DNA of 64,000 nucleotides from IMG/VR virus record IMGVR_UViG_3300044957_000619; one strand, written 5' to 3'. Numbering within the stretch: the stretch's first letter is position 1; each line of letters begins with the position of its first letter. The notes below the pieces were generated by a model. It was not told where the DNA came from. It worked only from the letters and a program-made list of their open reading frames with translations, and ran no database searches. Shown here piece by piece: positions 47,748-56,671 of this stretch. The DNA is from a virus. A program made the position numbers and the translations under genes.

Positions 47748-47970
47748 CGCGGGGAGAGGGAGCCATACTAGACTCCGTTTTGTGTCTACCAGGACTAGTA
47801 ACGCAATCAAGGATACCTGGATAAAGTGGGACTTGTGTGTTTACAAGCGTTTATACTTCGTGCATACTTATATTGTATACTTGCTTATGCTTGCTTCGTA
47901 TATGCTTACCGAGTTGCATTCTTCAGTATCCGTAAACATTACAATGCTACGGCTACTACGTAGTTTAACA

Positions 47971-48192
47971 TTACTTATCTAATTTGATTTGATGATCATC
48001 AAGTATCTCATAGAACTTAGCTCTGATTCTTTCTACCATTGCCCATTCCTTTGCATCTAACTCTTCATACTTGCATAGTGTTCTAAGTTCTTGAGAAATG
48101 TCCCAAAGTGCTGCATACATATTACTCCCTTGAACCGCAAAGTCGAAGTCTGCTTGGTCTTCTGGTAAATTAAAGGTTAATTTTGCTTTCAT
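47971..48192 (-). CDS. Hypothetical phage protein
   Basis: MKAKLTFNLPED...ALWDISQELR...KY; 73 aa. Confidence 0.75.
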   Translation of the reverse strand: MKAKLTFNLPEDQADFDFAVQGSNMYAALWDISQELRTLCKYEELDAKEWAMVERIRAKFYEILDDHQIKLDK

Positions 48193-48193
48193 T

Positions 48194-48610
48194 TTATTCT
48201 GATTTAATTACGATTTCATAACCCGCTTCACTTTTCAATGAAACAAATCCAGTAACCGTTTTGCCTTTGAATGCTTCATTAAACTGTCCCGTATCCATGC
48301 CCGTTGCAATGTAAGGTCCACCTGATGGATCAACCATATCAATTGATTCGGTATCGCTGTATACCAAGTGCATGTATTTTTTTGCAAGCTCGGTATATGA
48401 AACTGCTTCATTGTCCCGCTCATGTACTAGCGTTTTAAATACCAATTCACTTTCAGTGCCGCCGTCAGCTACATATTGTGCATAGACATCATCATATGCA
48501 TTAGGCCAACTGCAACGATGCCATTCGAAGTTACCAGTTCATTTAATGTTGCCATTTGGCATTGTGTGAAAGTGATGTGCATCACCATATCTGTTTGTGT
48601 AATTTACCAT
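48194..48610 (-). pseudogene. 138-codon gene interrupted by an in-frame TGA at codon 24
   Basis: MVNYTNRYGD...GNIK*TGNFEWHRCSWPN continues in frame into the track ORF 48194-48445. Confidence 0.65.
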
Positions 48611-48837
48611 GCTATTTTAGCTTTAAAATTAGTTCTATAATATTGCTCAGCACATGTTGCAGCGCTTCTATTGTGATGTTTATTTATCTCTCGGAAGTCA
48701 GCTCCTCCTATAAATGATTGAGTTATCTGCTCCTGCTCCATTGCTTTGGCTTGTTGCAATATAGCATTACACTCCCATTTATCTTGAGGTGTATTCCATA
48801 GCTGTTCATACAACCACTCTACTGCTGTCTGTTTCAT
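48604..48837 (-). CDS. Hypothetical phage protein (MKQTAVEWL type)
   Basis: MKQTAVEWL...QAKAMEQEQI...AEQYY. Confidence 0.75.
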   Translation of the reverse strand: MKQTAVEWLYEQLWNTPQDKWECNAILQQAKAMEQEQITQSFIGGADFREINKHHNRSAATCAEQYYRTNFKAKIAW

Positions 48838-48924
48838 CTTATTCTTTTTTAGTTAATTCTTCTTGTCGGATCCGATCCTCAGCATATTCATATACTGCAA
48901 AGCAATCAGCACGTTTTGTTTTAC

Positions 48925-49302
48925 TTAAATAACATCTTCTACTAAAATTTCACCGTCAACTAATCTGCTTATTTGTGCAAATTCAACTTGATCTTGGGAT
49001 TCCAATTTCATTTCCACACGGAACTGATCTGCATCTTCCGATGTAGCCAAGGTTCCACAACATGTACCAATGTCGCCTGCCATTTTGTATCGGAATGAAC
49101 CATATGGATTTTGTAGTTCAACAATATCCCAATCCGATTGTGTTAATTCACTAAGCTTTTTATCGCGGTTCTTAATAGTTGCTGAATAATGATAACCACA
49201 GTTATTGCAATTTACATATTCCTCGCCTGTTTTGTAATAAAAGTCACTACATGCTGTTGACTTGCAACTAGGACATGCAATGTAATCGATTATTGAGCCC
49301 AT
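48925..49302 (-). CDS. Zinc-ribbon protein
   Basis: CPSC...CNNCGY. Confidence 0.7.
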   Translation of the reverse strand: MGSIIDYIACPSCKSTACSDFYYKTGEEYVNCNNCGYHYSATIKNRDKKLSELTQSDWDIVELQNPYGSFRYKMAGDIGTCCGTLATSEDADQFRVEMKLESQDQVEFAQISRLVDGEILVEDVI

Positions 49303-49320
49303 AATTTATATTTTTTTAAT

Positions 49321-49680
49321 TTAATAAAGGTGTTTTAATTGTTTTGCTTGTTCAACATGTTTGCACCGCTTTCTAAATCCAAATCCAGAGCATGTACATG
49401 ACCATTGCTTGAAGCGAACGGTAACAGTGTATGCAGTACCCGTTGAGCCTTTGATTACATACTGCTTACGATCCGTTGGAATATCGCGTTGCTTTGCTTG
49501 ATAGCGAACCCATATATAAGATGCATCTTCGGGAGTAACATCATCGGCAATGCGAATGCTACCGCCTTCGGCATCATGAAACAACATGGTGCGACCTGAT
49601 AGAAAATTTACAATTACTGGAGCATACAAGGAAGGACCTCTATGCATTGCTCTAACTTCTTGCTTGGTGTATACTTTCAT
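49321..49680 (-). CDS. SWIM zinc-finger protein
   Basis: YTVT...WSCTCSGF.FRKRCKHV. Confidence 0.85.
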   Translation of the reverse strand: MKVYTKQEVRAMHRGPSLYAPVIVNFLSGRTMLFHDAEGGSIRIADDVTPEDASYIWVRYQAKQRDIPTDRKQYVIKGSTGTAYTVTVRFKQWSCTCSGFGFRKRCKHVEQAKQLKHLY

Positions 49681-49740
49681 AACTTATAATATATAATTCA
49701 TTTCATGTTTCCAATCAATCCCACCACCAACTTAAACTTC

Positions 49741-49956
49741 TTACAATTCACATCCTTCTACCTCCTTTGGTTCCTGAGTTGTATCGGGACGATACGGATC
49801 TTGCTGATCAAACAACATGTCACGCAATATTTGATTTTCTTGTTCTAGTTGTGGGCATGATGTACAGTCATCACGAAAAATTTCTGTTATCATCACTCCA
49901 ACCCCTATTCCAATCACAGTTCCAATTGCTGCTAAATACATTTCAATTTTGTTCAT
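49741..49956 (-). CDS. Small membrane protein
   Basis: N-terminal TM helix, CTSC. Confidence 0.6.
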   Translation of the reverse strand: MNKIEMYLAAIGTVIGIGVGVMITEIFRDDCTSCPQLEQENQILRDMLFDQQDPYRPDTTQEPKEVEGCEL

Positions 49957-50206
49957 CTTCTACGGATTTTGTTTTTGTTAATTCATATTCATATCGTTGC
50001 GTAATCAACATACGCTGCGTACTGCTTCGTTCCGACGTTTTATCTCGAACCATTTCATATTCTCGTTGCAACGTTTCCATATCCATTCTAGCTATTTCGC
50101 GTTTCGATGGCGGCAAATAATCTGTTGGATCAATGTTTTGCATAAATTGTTGCAAGAATTGATTGTATTGTTTTTGTTCTTCGTGTGTTAAATTTTCTAA
50201 ATTCAT
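49943..50206 (-). CDS. Hypothetical protein
   Basis: 87 aa. Confidence 0.6.
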   Translation of the reverse strand: MNLENLTHEEQKQYNQFLQQFMQNIDPTDYLPPSKREIARMDMETLQREYEMVRDKTSERSSTQRMLITQRYEYELTKTKSVEDEQN

Positions 50207-50207
50207 G

Positions 50208-50372
50208 TTATGCTATTATATTAATTAATAACCATATTGCACATGACCATCCAGCTGTTCCTACAAACAACATGGATTCTATAAACAAATCTGATTGTGG
50301 TTCCCTTAATCCTTCTACTAATCTAATCAAACAAGCAAGTGCCAATGGAATTCCAAAAAATGCTAATGTCAT
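50208..50372 (-). CDS. 54-aa two-TM peptide (not in track)
   Basis: MTLAFFGIPLALACLIRL...GWSCAIWLLINIIA. Confidence 0.55.
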   Translation of the reverse strand: MTLAFFGIPLALACLIRLVEGLREPQSDLFIESMLFVGTAGWSCAIWLLINIIA

Positions 50373-50377
50373 ATCTT

Positions 50378-50722
50378 TTATTTTTTATTGTTACAAGTTT
50401 TAAACAAAAAGTCATTAAGTGAATGTCCGCAGACGCACGTTTGTAAAGAAACATCAAATTTACAACCCGACCTCGATATTTTTTTATCTGCTAAGAATGC
50501 ACCGACCTCTGATTGCAGTGAATGTTGATTTACAGGTACTGCATCTATAGGACCATCATACTTAGTTATGCTACCATCAGAATGAATTGTCATTGCAATT
50601 CTCAATTTTTTTGGCTCTGGTTTAGACTGATCAAATATTCGATGAAACTCGCCATTATCGAATTCAAATAAAAATTTTCGTAATTTGTTTGTTGCTGTAA
50701 TAATATATTGTAATCGTTTCAT
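50378..50722 (-). CDS. Hypothetical protein
   Basis: 114 aa; host-type promoter upstream. Confidence 0.6.
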   Translation of the reverse strand: MKRLQYIITATNKLRKFLFEFDNGEFHRIFDQSKPEPKKLRIAMTIHSDGSITKYDGPIDAVPVNQHSLQSEVGAFLADKKISRSGCKFDVSLQTCVCGHSLNDFLFKTCNNKK

Positions 50723-50785
50723 GAATCTTTTTCTATAATATATAAAAGAATCAACGATAAACCAACCAATACGGGAGAAACTTTG

Positions 50786-51172
50786 TTATCCTTTAATTAA
50801 TTTTTTTGTTTGTTCTTCGGTTTCTTTCATCGTAAAGTAAGTAGCTACTAGTTTGTCAAATCGTCGATCAACGTATGAATTTAATTCATCAATCCGACGG
50901 TCTGTTGACTCTGCGCAGTGACTAATCTCACGATATATTTGATTGTGCTGATCCTGTGTGTTTCGATCACTTTCATCAATCATTTTACATAACTGTTCTT
51001 CGAGCCGAGTATTGCTTCGATATAAATTAGCAATCGATTCGTTTGCGTTACGATCTTGAAATTCTAAGCTTCGTTTTAATTTTAATACCTTCACAGTACT
51101 ATATACAGCAATAGCAGCAATTGCCACTAAAACCATTGTTAGTACTCCAAAAGCAAACATCAATGTTTCCAT
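50786..51172 (-). CDS. Membrane-anchored coiled-coil protein
   Basis: N-terminal TM helix plus heptads; GGAGG SD, which is rare in this window. Confidence 0.75.
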   Translation of the reverse strand: METLMFAFGVLTMVLVAIAAIAVYSTVKVLKLKRSLEFQDRNANESIANLYRSNTRLEEQLCKMIDESDRNTQDQHNQIYREISHCAESTDRRIDELNSYVDRRFDKLVATYFTMKETEEQTKKLIKG

Positions 51173-51213
51173 AAGTTTCCTCCATATGTCAAAGAACTCC
51201 CGTATCGAGTTGG

Positions 51214-51312
51214 TTATCGTATTTGTGAATAAGCATCACAAGACGAACGTGTTGAGCGACAAGCTGTAAGCGTGCAACACAACGCAATAAGTATCATAGC
51301 AACAATTTTCAT
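51214..51312 (-). CDS. 32-aa small lipoprotein (not in track)
   Basis: MKIVAMILIALCCTLTAC-RSTRSSCDAY; lipobox LTAC. Confidence 0.6.
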   Translation of the reverse strand: MKIVAMILIALCCTLTACRSTRSSCDAYSQIR

Positions 51313-51521
51313 ATTGGTGTTCCTGTTATGTTTTTATAGTCAATATACCGTTCAACTGCTTCATCATAGTCTTCACGCGGAAAAGCAATGCGAACATTAT
51401 CGACATACGCAAATACTTCCCGCGGAAATGACATTACATCGGAAAGCTTATCAAAATCAATTTTTTGAAGTTTATAATAACTTCCCGTTTCTGCCAATCT
51501 CGTAAGTATTTCAATTTTCAT
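51309..51521 (-). CDS. Hypothetical protein
   Basis: 70 aa. Confidence 0.6.
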   Translation of the reverse strand: MKIEILTRLAETGSYYKLQKIDFDKLSDVMSFPREVFAYVDNVRIAFPREDYDEAVERYIDYKNITGTPI

Positions 51522-51637
51522 AACTGTTCCTACATGGTCATGTTTTTATAACTTATATAATATATATATATAGAAAATAAATTTTATTTCCAATTCATTT
51601 AATTGTTTTGATTACTTGACCATCTTCATGTAAAATA

Positions 51638-54076
51638 TCAACGAATCAATGTTATATGACCTGTTATAGTATACTTTGCATCCGTATTTTTATCACCAAA
51701 CCATATCTTATACGTATACACACCGTCTGCACATAATGCATTGTTATAAGTTCCGTCCCACGCTGCTTCTGCCCAATAAGACTCCCAAACAATCTCACCC
51801 CATCGATTAAACACAGTCAAATGAAACTCTTCAGGATCAAAGCCCGAAGTAAATACGGGTCTCCATGTTTGATTGTGTTGGTTTCCGTCAGGAGTAAATG
51901 TATTAGGTACATAGTATAGGAGCTGCGGACAACGAGACACCGTAAACGACGTAGTTACTGATTCTGATACACACCCATTAGCTGTATGCGTAGCTTGTAT
52001 TGTATACATTCCAGCATCGTTCCATGAAACTGTCAGTGTTGGTGATTGTGTTGTATTGCCCGCCAGTGTCCATTCTGTAACGCCGGGCACACTAACTGTA
52101 GCTACATATGTTGATGTAACAGAATCTCCTTCGCAAATTTGTATGAACTCATCATTCGGAGTAATTGCTAATACTTCTGGTTGTGGATAAACTGTTATTG
52201 TTGTAAATGATGTAAATGTACAATTACTTTGCGTATAAGTATATGATATTGTATTTGTTCCCACTGCTGCAGCAGGATCAAACATGTTACCTGTTACGCC
52301 TAATCCAGCAAACACTCCCGCTTGAGGTGTTGCTGAAAGTGCTGCATCCGCATCATAAACGCAAAATGGTCCTATAGCATCAATCACAGGAACAATATTT
52401 AATATGTATACATCTCGCACAATGGGTGTGCTAAGACATCCAAATTGATTTGCAGCCACTACTTGAACAGCTCCGCTTACTAATCCTGCGTTTAATGCAC
52501 TCCAATCTACGGTAATGGTATTTGTACCTTGCCCTGATACGATTACTCCCAGCGATGTCCATGTATATGTATATCCCGGTTGCGCGGGTACCGAATATGT
52601 TGCTGCAGTTTCACCCATGCACATGGTATCAAGTGATGCAATTGGCCCAGTTACTACTGACGGAGGATCTGTTAACGTTATTGTATTAGATGCAGTACAA
52701 CCATTAGCATCGGTCACTACTACAGCATACGCGCCTTGACATAACATTGTAGCCGTTTGTGTTGTTTGGTTGTTGCTCCATGCATATGTATATGGAGCTA
52801 CGCCATCTATAGGATTAGCAGTCGCAGTACCATTACATTCTCCGGCGCATACTGGATTCGTTGCTAACACTAACGGATCTTGCAATGGAGCTGGATCTAC
52901 TAATGTAGCATTTGCAGTAACAGCACAACCATATACATCTGCTATAGTTACCGTATATGATCCTGCACAAAGACCCGTAAGTGAATTTGTTGTTTGTCCC
53001 GTTGTCCACGTATATGAATAAGGAGCAGTTCCATTAGTTGGTGTAACAACCAATGTGCCGTCGCAGGCTGCATTACATACCGGATTGGTTATTATGATAT
53101 TAGGTTGATTAAGTACTGGCGGACCTGGCACTACTTGAACGGTATCTGGTCCTTGTCCTGCACTAGCATTACATGTAGACCAACCTGCATTGCACGCCGG
53201 ATATTCTAAATGGCAAGTATAATAAACTCCTCCTGCAGGAGGCGTTACTGTTATTTGATTTACATTCTGAGCAATTGGCACTGGATTACCTACTTGGTAC
53301 CAAACAAGAGTTGGCGTAACTGCAGCACCATTTGGAGTCCATCGCCAAGCATTATTTACTGCAGTCCATTGGGTTGAGTTTCTTCCTGGTACCGTTACTG
53401 CCTGCGTACCTGTTGCATTATGTATGCCATGTACTGCAGTACCGTTAGCCCACTGATTGCATGCTGGTTTGTTGGCAAGATAACTTTCAATATAATTAGT
53501 AGATTCATGAATTACTATATGAAATGTACCTTGAAGATTAGTGCACAAAAACATGGGCACTCCGATCCAACTTACTGTCAATTTTCTGCATGGTGCAACT
53601 CCAGAAGTTTGATAGCGTATTTGACCGCCAAGAGAAGGATTCCAATCCTGCCAAGGACCCATTATGCAATTTTTTGGTACCACAGCATTCATTGATGGAA
53701 TTGCTTGCGTTGCAAATGTAGCCGGCTGTACACCCGCACCTAACGATATCCAACCATTGGATCCAATTCGAAACTGGGTATAGGTTTGTCCGTAAAAGCA
53801 AAACGTAAATCCAATATTGAACGTGCCGGACTGAGAATCATCAGACAATTGCACCATTGCACCTGTATTAGTTTGTGCTGCATAAGGCAAATTTGCAACA
53901 CTGTAACTTGTTGTTTGATTAGGATTACTACCCGGAGTACATTGCGATAAATCTGCTGTCAATGTAGTTGACGTTACTCCACAAGGAAGAATCTGATCTG
54001 GCCCTAATGCGGGACAATACTGAGAATAAGATATGATGCTAATTAGCATCCAAATAAGTGCAAATATGCGTTTCAT
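51638..54076 (-). CDS. Secreted adhesin-like protein with SprB repeats and a T9SS type-B (gliding motility-associated) C-terminal domain
   Basis: Signal peptide; C...CDG....GTAPYSYTW...L.AG.YTVTI.D..GC repeats; YVPNTFTPDG...FNRWGE...WDGTY...DGVY.Y...GHITLIR. Confidence 0.9.
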   Translation of the reverse strand: MKRIFALIWMLISIISYSQYCPALGPDQILPCGVTSTTLTADLSQCTPGSNPNQTTSYSVANLPYAAQTNTGAMVQLSDDSQSGTFNIGFTFCFYGQTYTQFRIGSNGWISLGAGVQPATFATQAIPSMNAVVPKNCIMGPWQDWNPSLGGQIRYQTSGVAPCRKLTVSWIGVPMFLCTNLQGTFHIVIHESTNYIESYLANKPACNQWANGTAVHGIHNATGTQAVTVPGRNSTQWTAVNNAWRWTPNGAAVTPTLVWYQVGNPVPIAQNVNQITVTPPAGGVYYTCHLEYPACNAGWSTCNASAGQGPDTVQVVPGPPVLNQPNIIITNPVCNAACDGTLVVTPTNGTAPYSYTWTTGQTTNSLTGLCAGSYTVTIADVYGCAVTANATLVDPAPLQDPLVLATNPVCAGECNGTATANPIDGVAPYTYAWSNNQTTQTATMLCQGAYAVVVTDANGCTASNTITLTDPPSVVTGPIASLDTMCMGETAATYSVPAQPGYTYTWTSLGVIVSGQGTNTITVDWSALNAGLVSGAVQVVAANQFGCLSTPIVRDVYILNIVPVIDAIGPFCVYDADAALSATPQAGVFAGLGVTGNMFDPAAAVGTNTISYTYTQSNCTFTSFTTITVYPQPEVLAITPNDEFIQICEGDSVTSTYVATVSVPGVTEWTLAGNTTQSPTLTVSWNDAGMYTIQATHTANGCVSESVTTSFTVSRCPQLLYYVPNTFTPDGNQHNQTWRPVFTSGFDPEEFHLTVFNRWGEIVWESYWAEAAWDGTYNNALCADGVYTYKIWFGDKNTDAKYTITGHITLIR

Positions 54077-54115
54077 AACTGGCCTTTAATATAAATAAGA
54101 ACCTAAGCAGTTTTG

Positions 54116-54187
54116 TAGTCGGTACGGGATTCGAACCCGTGTGACGAGAATGAAAATCTTGTATCCTAACCCCTAGATGAACCGACC
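54116..54187 (-). tRNA. tRNA-Glu (TTC)
   Basis: GGTCGGT/ACCGACT acceptor stem, TTCGAAT T-loop, TTC anticodon; one A-C mismatch in the anticodon stem; no encoded CCA. Confidence 0.9.
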
Positions 54188-54191
54188 AATA

Positions 54192-54362
54192 TTAAAAATC
54201 TCCTAGTCGCAAATGATAATTGTATGCTGCTTGATCTTCATAATAAGCCATATCAGCTAATCGCATTACACATTCATCATACGTACCCGTTAACAGGACT
54301 TCACCTTGAGCATTTACAAGTTGAAATACATCCTTCTTTGAATTTACACAAACAATTTCCAT
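54192..54362 (-). CDS. Small protein (56 aa, not in track)
   Basis: MEIVCVNSKKDVFQLVNAQGEVLLTGTYDEC...; promoter upstream. Confidence 0.6.
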   Translation of the reverse strand: MEIVCVNSKKDVFQLVNAQGEVLLTGTYDECVMRLADMAYYEDQAAYNYHLRLGDF

Positions 54363-54410
54363 ATTCTTTTTTTATATAAAATAAAATTGCTTTTACATAT
54401 CCAACCAAAA

Positions 54411-54725
54411 TCAAATAAATTGTAGTAAGAAATAACTAAGTTTATATCCTGTAAATGCACCTAATGCTGACGGTATAGGAAATACTATTAATCTACCTAA
54501 CTCAGTCACATACTTGGTACGATTCACAATTCTACCCATAAATGCATAATACGCTAAATAACCAAACAATACTGCTAGGTCCGTACGCGTTGCAATAAAC
54601 ACTACCAATATTGCTCCCAAGAATCCAAATGTAAAGTTGTCTCGGAAACCTTCCCAAATTTCTCGTGTCGATGCATTCTTATATTCTTTATATATGCGTT
54701 TATATCGTGATGATTTTGTTTTCAT
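54411..54725 (-). CDS. Membrane protein
   Basis: Likely start MKTKSSRY; hydrophobic helices. Confidence 0.65.
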   Translation of the reverse strand: MKTKSSRYKRIYKEYKNASTREIWEGFRDNFTFGFLGAILVVFIATRTDLAVLFGYLAYYAFMGRIVNRTKYVTELGRLIVFPIPSALGAFTGYKLSYFLLQFI

Positions 54726-55057
54726 TCTATTGTTTTTTCTACGTATGTACATGTTTCTCCGGCATCGAATCCTTTTTCTAACAACAATGGTAACGAAGCT
54801 GATTTGCACCAAGCATATACTTTGTAACCTTTATATCGTTGTTGTGCATACGTCCAACGCGTATCCCAAAGTGTTCTATATATTCCTTTGCGACGATGTT
54901 CTTCATGTACCCAAGCATCAAGGAATTTAATTTTGCTATCATCTTCGCGCTCCATGTAGATGTGTCCAACAATCTCACCATTGATCATGGCAATCCATGT
55001 TTCAAGTCGTTGAGCATTGCTTTTGAGATGTACTATTTTAATATCATCTGTTGTCAT
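54722..55057 (-). CDS. GNAT acetyltransferase
   Basis: WVHEEHRRKGIY motif A; LL.KGF. Confidence 0.85.
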   Translation of the reverse strand: MTTDDIKIVHLKSNAQRLETWIAMINGEIVGHIYMEREDDSKIKFLDAWVHEEHRRKGIYRTLWDTRWTYAQQRYKGYKVYAWCKSASLPLLLEKGFDAGETCTYVEKTIE

Positions 55058-55302
55058 AAATTTCCTAAATAAACCACTAATGCTCCTATTGTATAACCTA
55101 TAGCAGATGCCGTTGCCATTTTAATTCGTTCTGTCCATGATTTTGAATCAACCATGTATCCTACAAATGGTAAACCTAAAAACGGCCCAATGAATGCCCA
55201 AAATATCATTGCAATGCTACGGTCTGCAACTGTTGCAATGTACATGGTTGATGCTGTTTCCAAAACAAATGCAGCAAATGCTATGATAAGATATTTTTTC
55301 AA
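55054..55302 (-). CDS. Small multi-TM protein
   Basis: Three hydrophobic helices. Confidence 0.7.
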   Translation of the reverse strand: MKKYLIIAFAAFVLETASTMYIATVADRSIAMIFWAFIGPFLGLPFVGYMVDSKSWTERIKMATASAIGYTIGALVVYLGNL

Positions 55303-56465
55303 TTTGATAAAGGTGCTTTAATTGTTGGGTGTGATTGATACTTGTATAATTGTATATCTTCTTCTAACAGACATTTGCAGAAGTGATCGTTTTTGAATCC
55401 ATGAAATACAGCTGTAGCATCCAATGGTCCTTCACTACATTCACCTGATTCAGTTGGCCACCACTCTGTATTGATGTTTAAAGTTGGTAGTGGATACGGT
55501 TCTCGATGCATTTGTTCTTTAGCTTGCTCTATATGATTCAAATATAAATGAGCATCGCCTATATTGCCAATCAATTCATCTGGGACCATATTGACTGCTT
55601 TTGCAATAATTTTAAGTAACAATCCGTAACTAGCTATATTGAATGGTAAACCTAAAAACACGTCTGCTGAACGTTGATTCCACATTAAAGAGATTGCTCT
55701 ACGAGGCACATTAAACTCATCACATATGGTATGCATTTCTACATCAGCATCTATTGTTTCATGGTTACCTTCCTTAATCATATCATAAAGTTTAGTTCTT
55801 CCGTTTGAACCTAATGCAGTTCTTTCTCTAGCACTCAACTCTCTTGTATAAACTTGAAATCCATAATGACAGGGTGGAAGAACCATTTGGTCTAATTCAC
55901 CTACATTCCAGGTATTAACCATTAATCGTCTTGAGTCTGGATTTGTTTTAAGTTCGTTGATTAGGGTAGATATTTGGTCTCCCCATTTATGTCCATAGTT
56001 TGGTGACCAACTTCTCCATTGTTTACCATAGATCGGTCCTAATTCACCCCACTTCTTAGCAAACTCATCATCTGTTTTGATTTTGTTGATGAATTCTTCC
56101 TTTGTCATAAGACGAGTGCGGTTTTGGTGAGGATCATCTACATGAATATCATAATCAGGTTCTTCCACTTTACTTGCCTCTTCACAATATTTCTTATAGC
56201 AGTCGCCATCCCAAATATGACAATCATTATCAACAAGGAATTTGATGTTTGTATCGCCACGTAAGAACCATAGTAGTTCTGTTACAATTTGTTTCCAAGC
56301 CATCTTTTTAGTAGTGAGTAAAGGAAAGCCAAGTTTCATATCGTGACGAATTTGCCTTCCAAACGCAGAATGTGTTTTACCGTTTCTGCCTTCCTTTAAT
56401 TGTCCATTCTTAAACACATCATATAGTAGTTTAAGATAATCGTGTTCTATATTATTCATCGCCAT
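55299..56465 (-). CDS. thyA: Thymidylate synthase
   Basis: FPLLTTKK, ELLWFLRG, GPIYGKQWR, SRR, LPPCH, QRSADVFLGLPFN, GDAHLY. Confidence 0.97.
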   Translation of the reverse strand: MAMNNIEHDYLKLLYDVFKNGQLKEGRNGKTHSAFGRQIRHDMKLGFPLLTTKKMAWKQIVTELLWFLRGDTNIKFLVDNDCHIWDGDCYKKYCEEASKVEEPDYDIHVDDPHQNRTRLMTKEEFINKIKTDDEFAKKWGELGPIYGKQWRSWSPNYGHKWGDQISTLINELKTNPDSRRLMVNTWNVGELDQMVLPPCHYGFQVYTRELSARERTALGSNGRTKLYDMIKEGNHETIDADVEMHTICDEFNVPRRAISLMWNQRSADVFLGLPFNIASYGLLLKIIAKAVNMVPDELIGNIGDAHLYLNHIEQAKEQMHREPYPLPTLNINTEWWPTESGECSEGPLDATAVFHGFKNDHFCKCLLEEDIQLYKYQSHPTIKAPLSN

Positions 56466-56643
56466 ATTTTTTTCTCAAGTATTCTGCCCAAGATCGTTGT
56501 TTTCGTCCATTAACAAAGAACCACCCTAAGTTCATTTCAAACCATTTATTAACTTCATATGACCAATAACATACAGTATGCCAAACAAGCCATGCCATAG
56601 TTATAATCCAAACACTAATTAAAATTATTAATAAATTATTCAT
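56452..56643 (-). CDS. Small membrane protein
   Basis: N-terminal TM helix; WFEMNLGWFFVNGRK. Confidence 0.65.
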   Translation of the reverse strand: MNNLLIILISVWIITMAWLVWHTVCYWSYEVNKWFEMNLGWFFVNGRKQRSWAEYLRKKYGDE

Positions 56644-56671
56644 CTTCTAATCCATCTAAGAGTGTATTATC

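Noticed and set aside
47782-47982. 66-aa plus-strand ORF
   Set aside because: Non-ATG start, overlaps a repeat tract, and has no leader or promoter support.
48539-48541. Genome-wide stop codon reassignment (TGA=Trp or TAG=Gln)
   Set aside because: Conserved genes end cleanly at TGA (thyA, gp6-like, MoxR) and several others at TAG; long ORFs are intact under the standard code.
54116-54187. tRNA as an integration site or suppressor
   Set aside because: The anticodon is ordinary Glu (TTC), and there is no integrase or duplicated tRNA 3' end in the window.
55299-56465. Intron or intein in thyA
   Set aside because: The ORF is continuous, and the insertions are short and lack intein or homing-endonuclease motifs.
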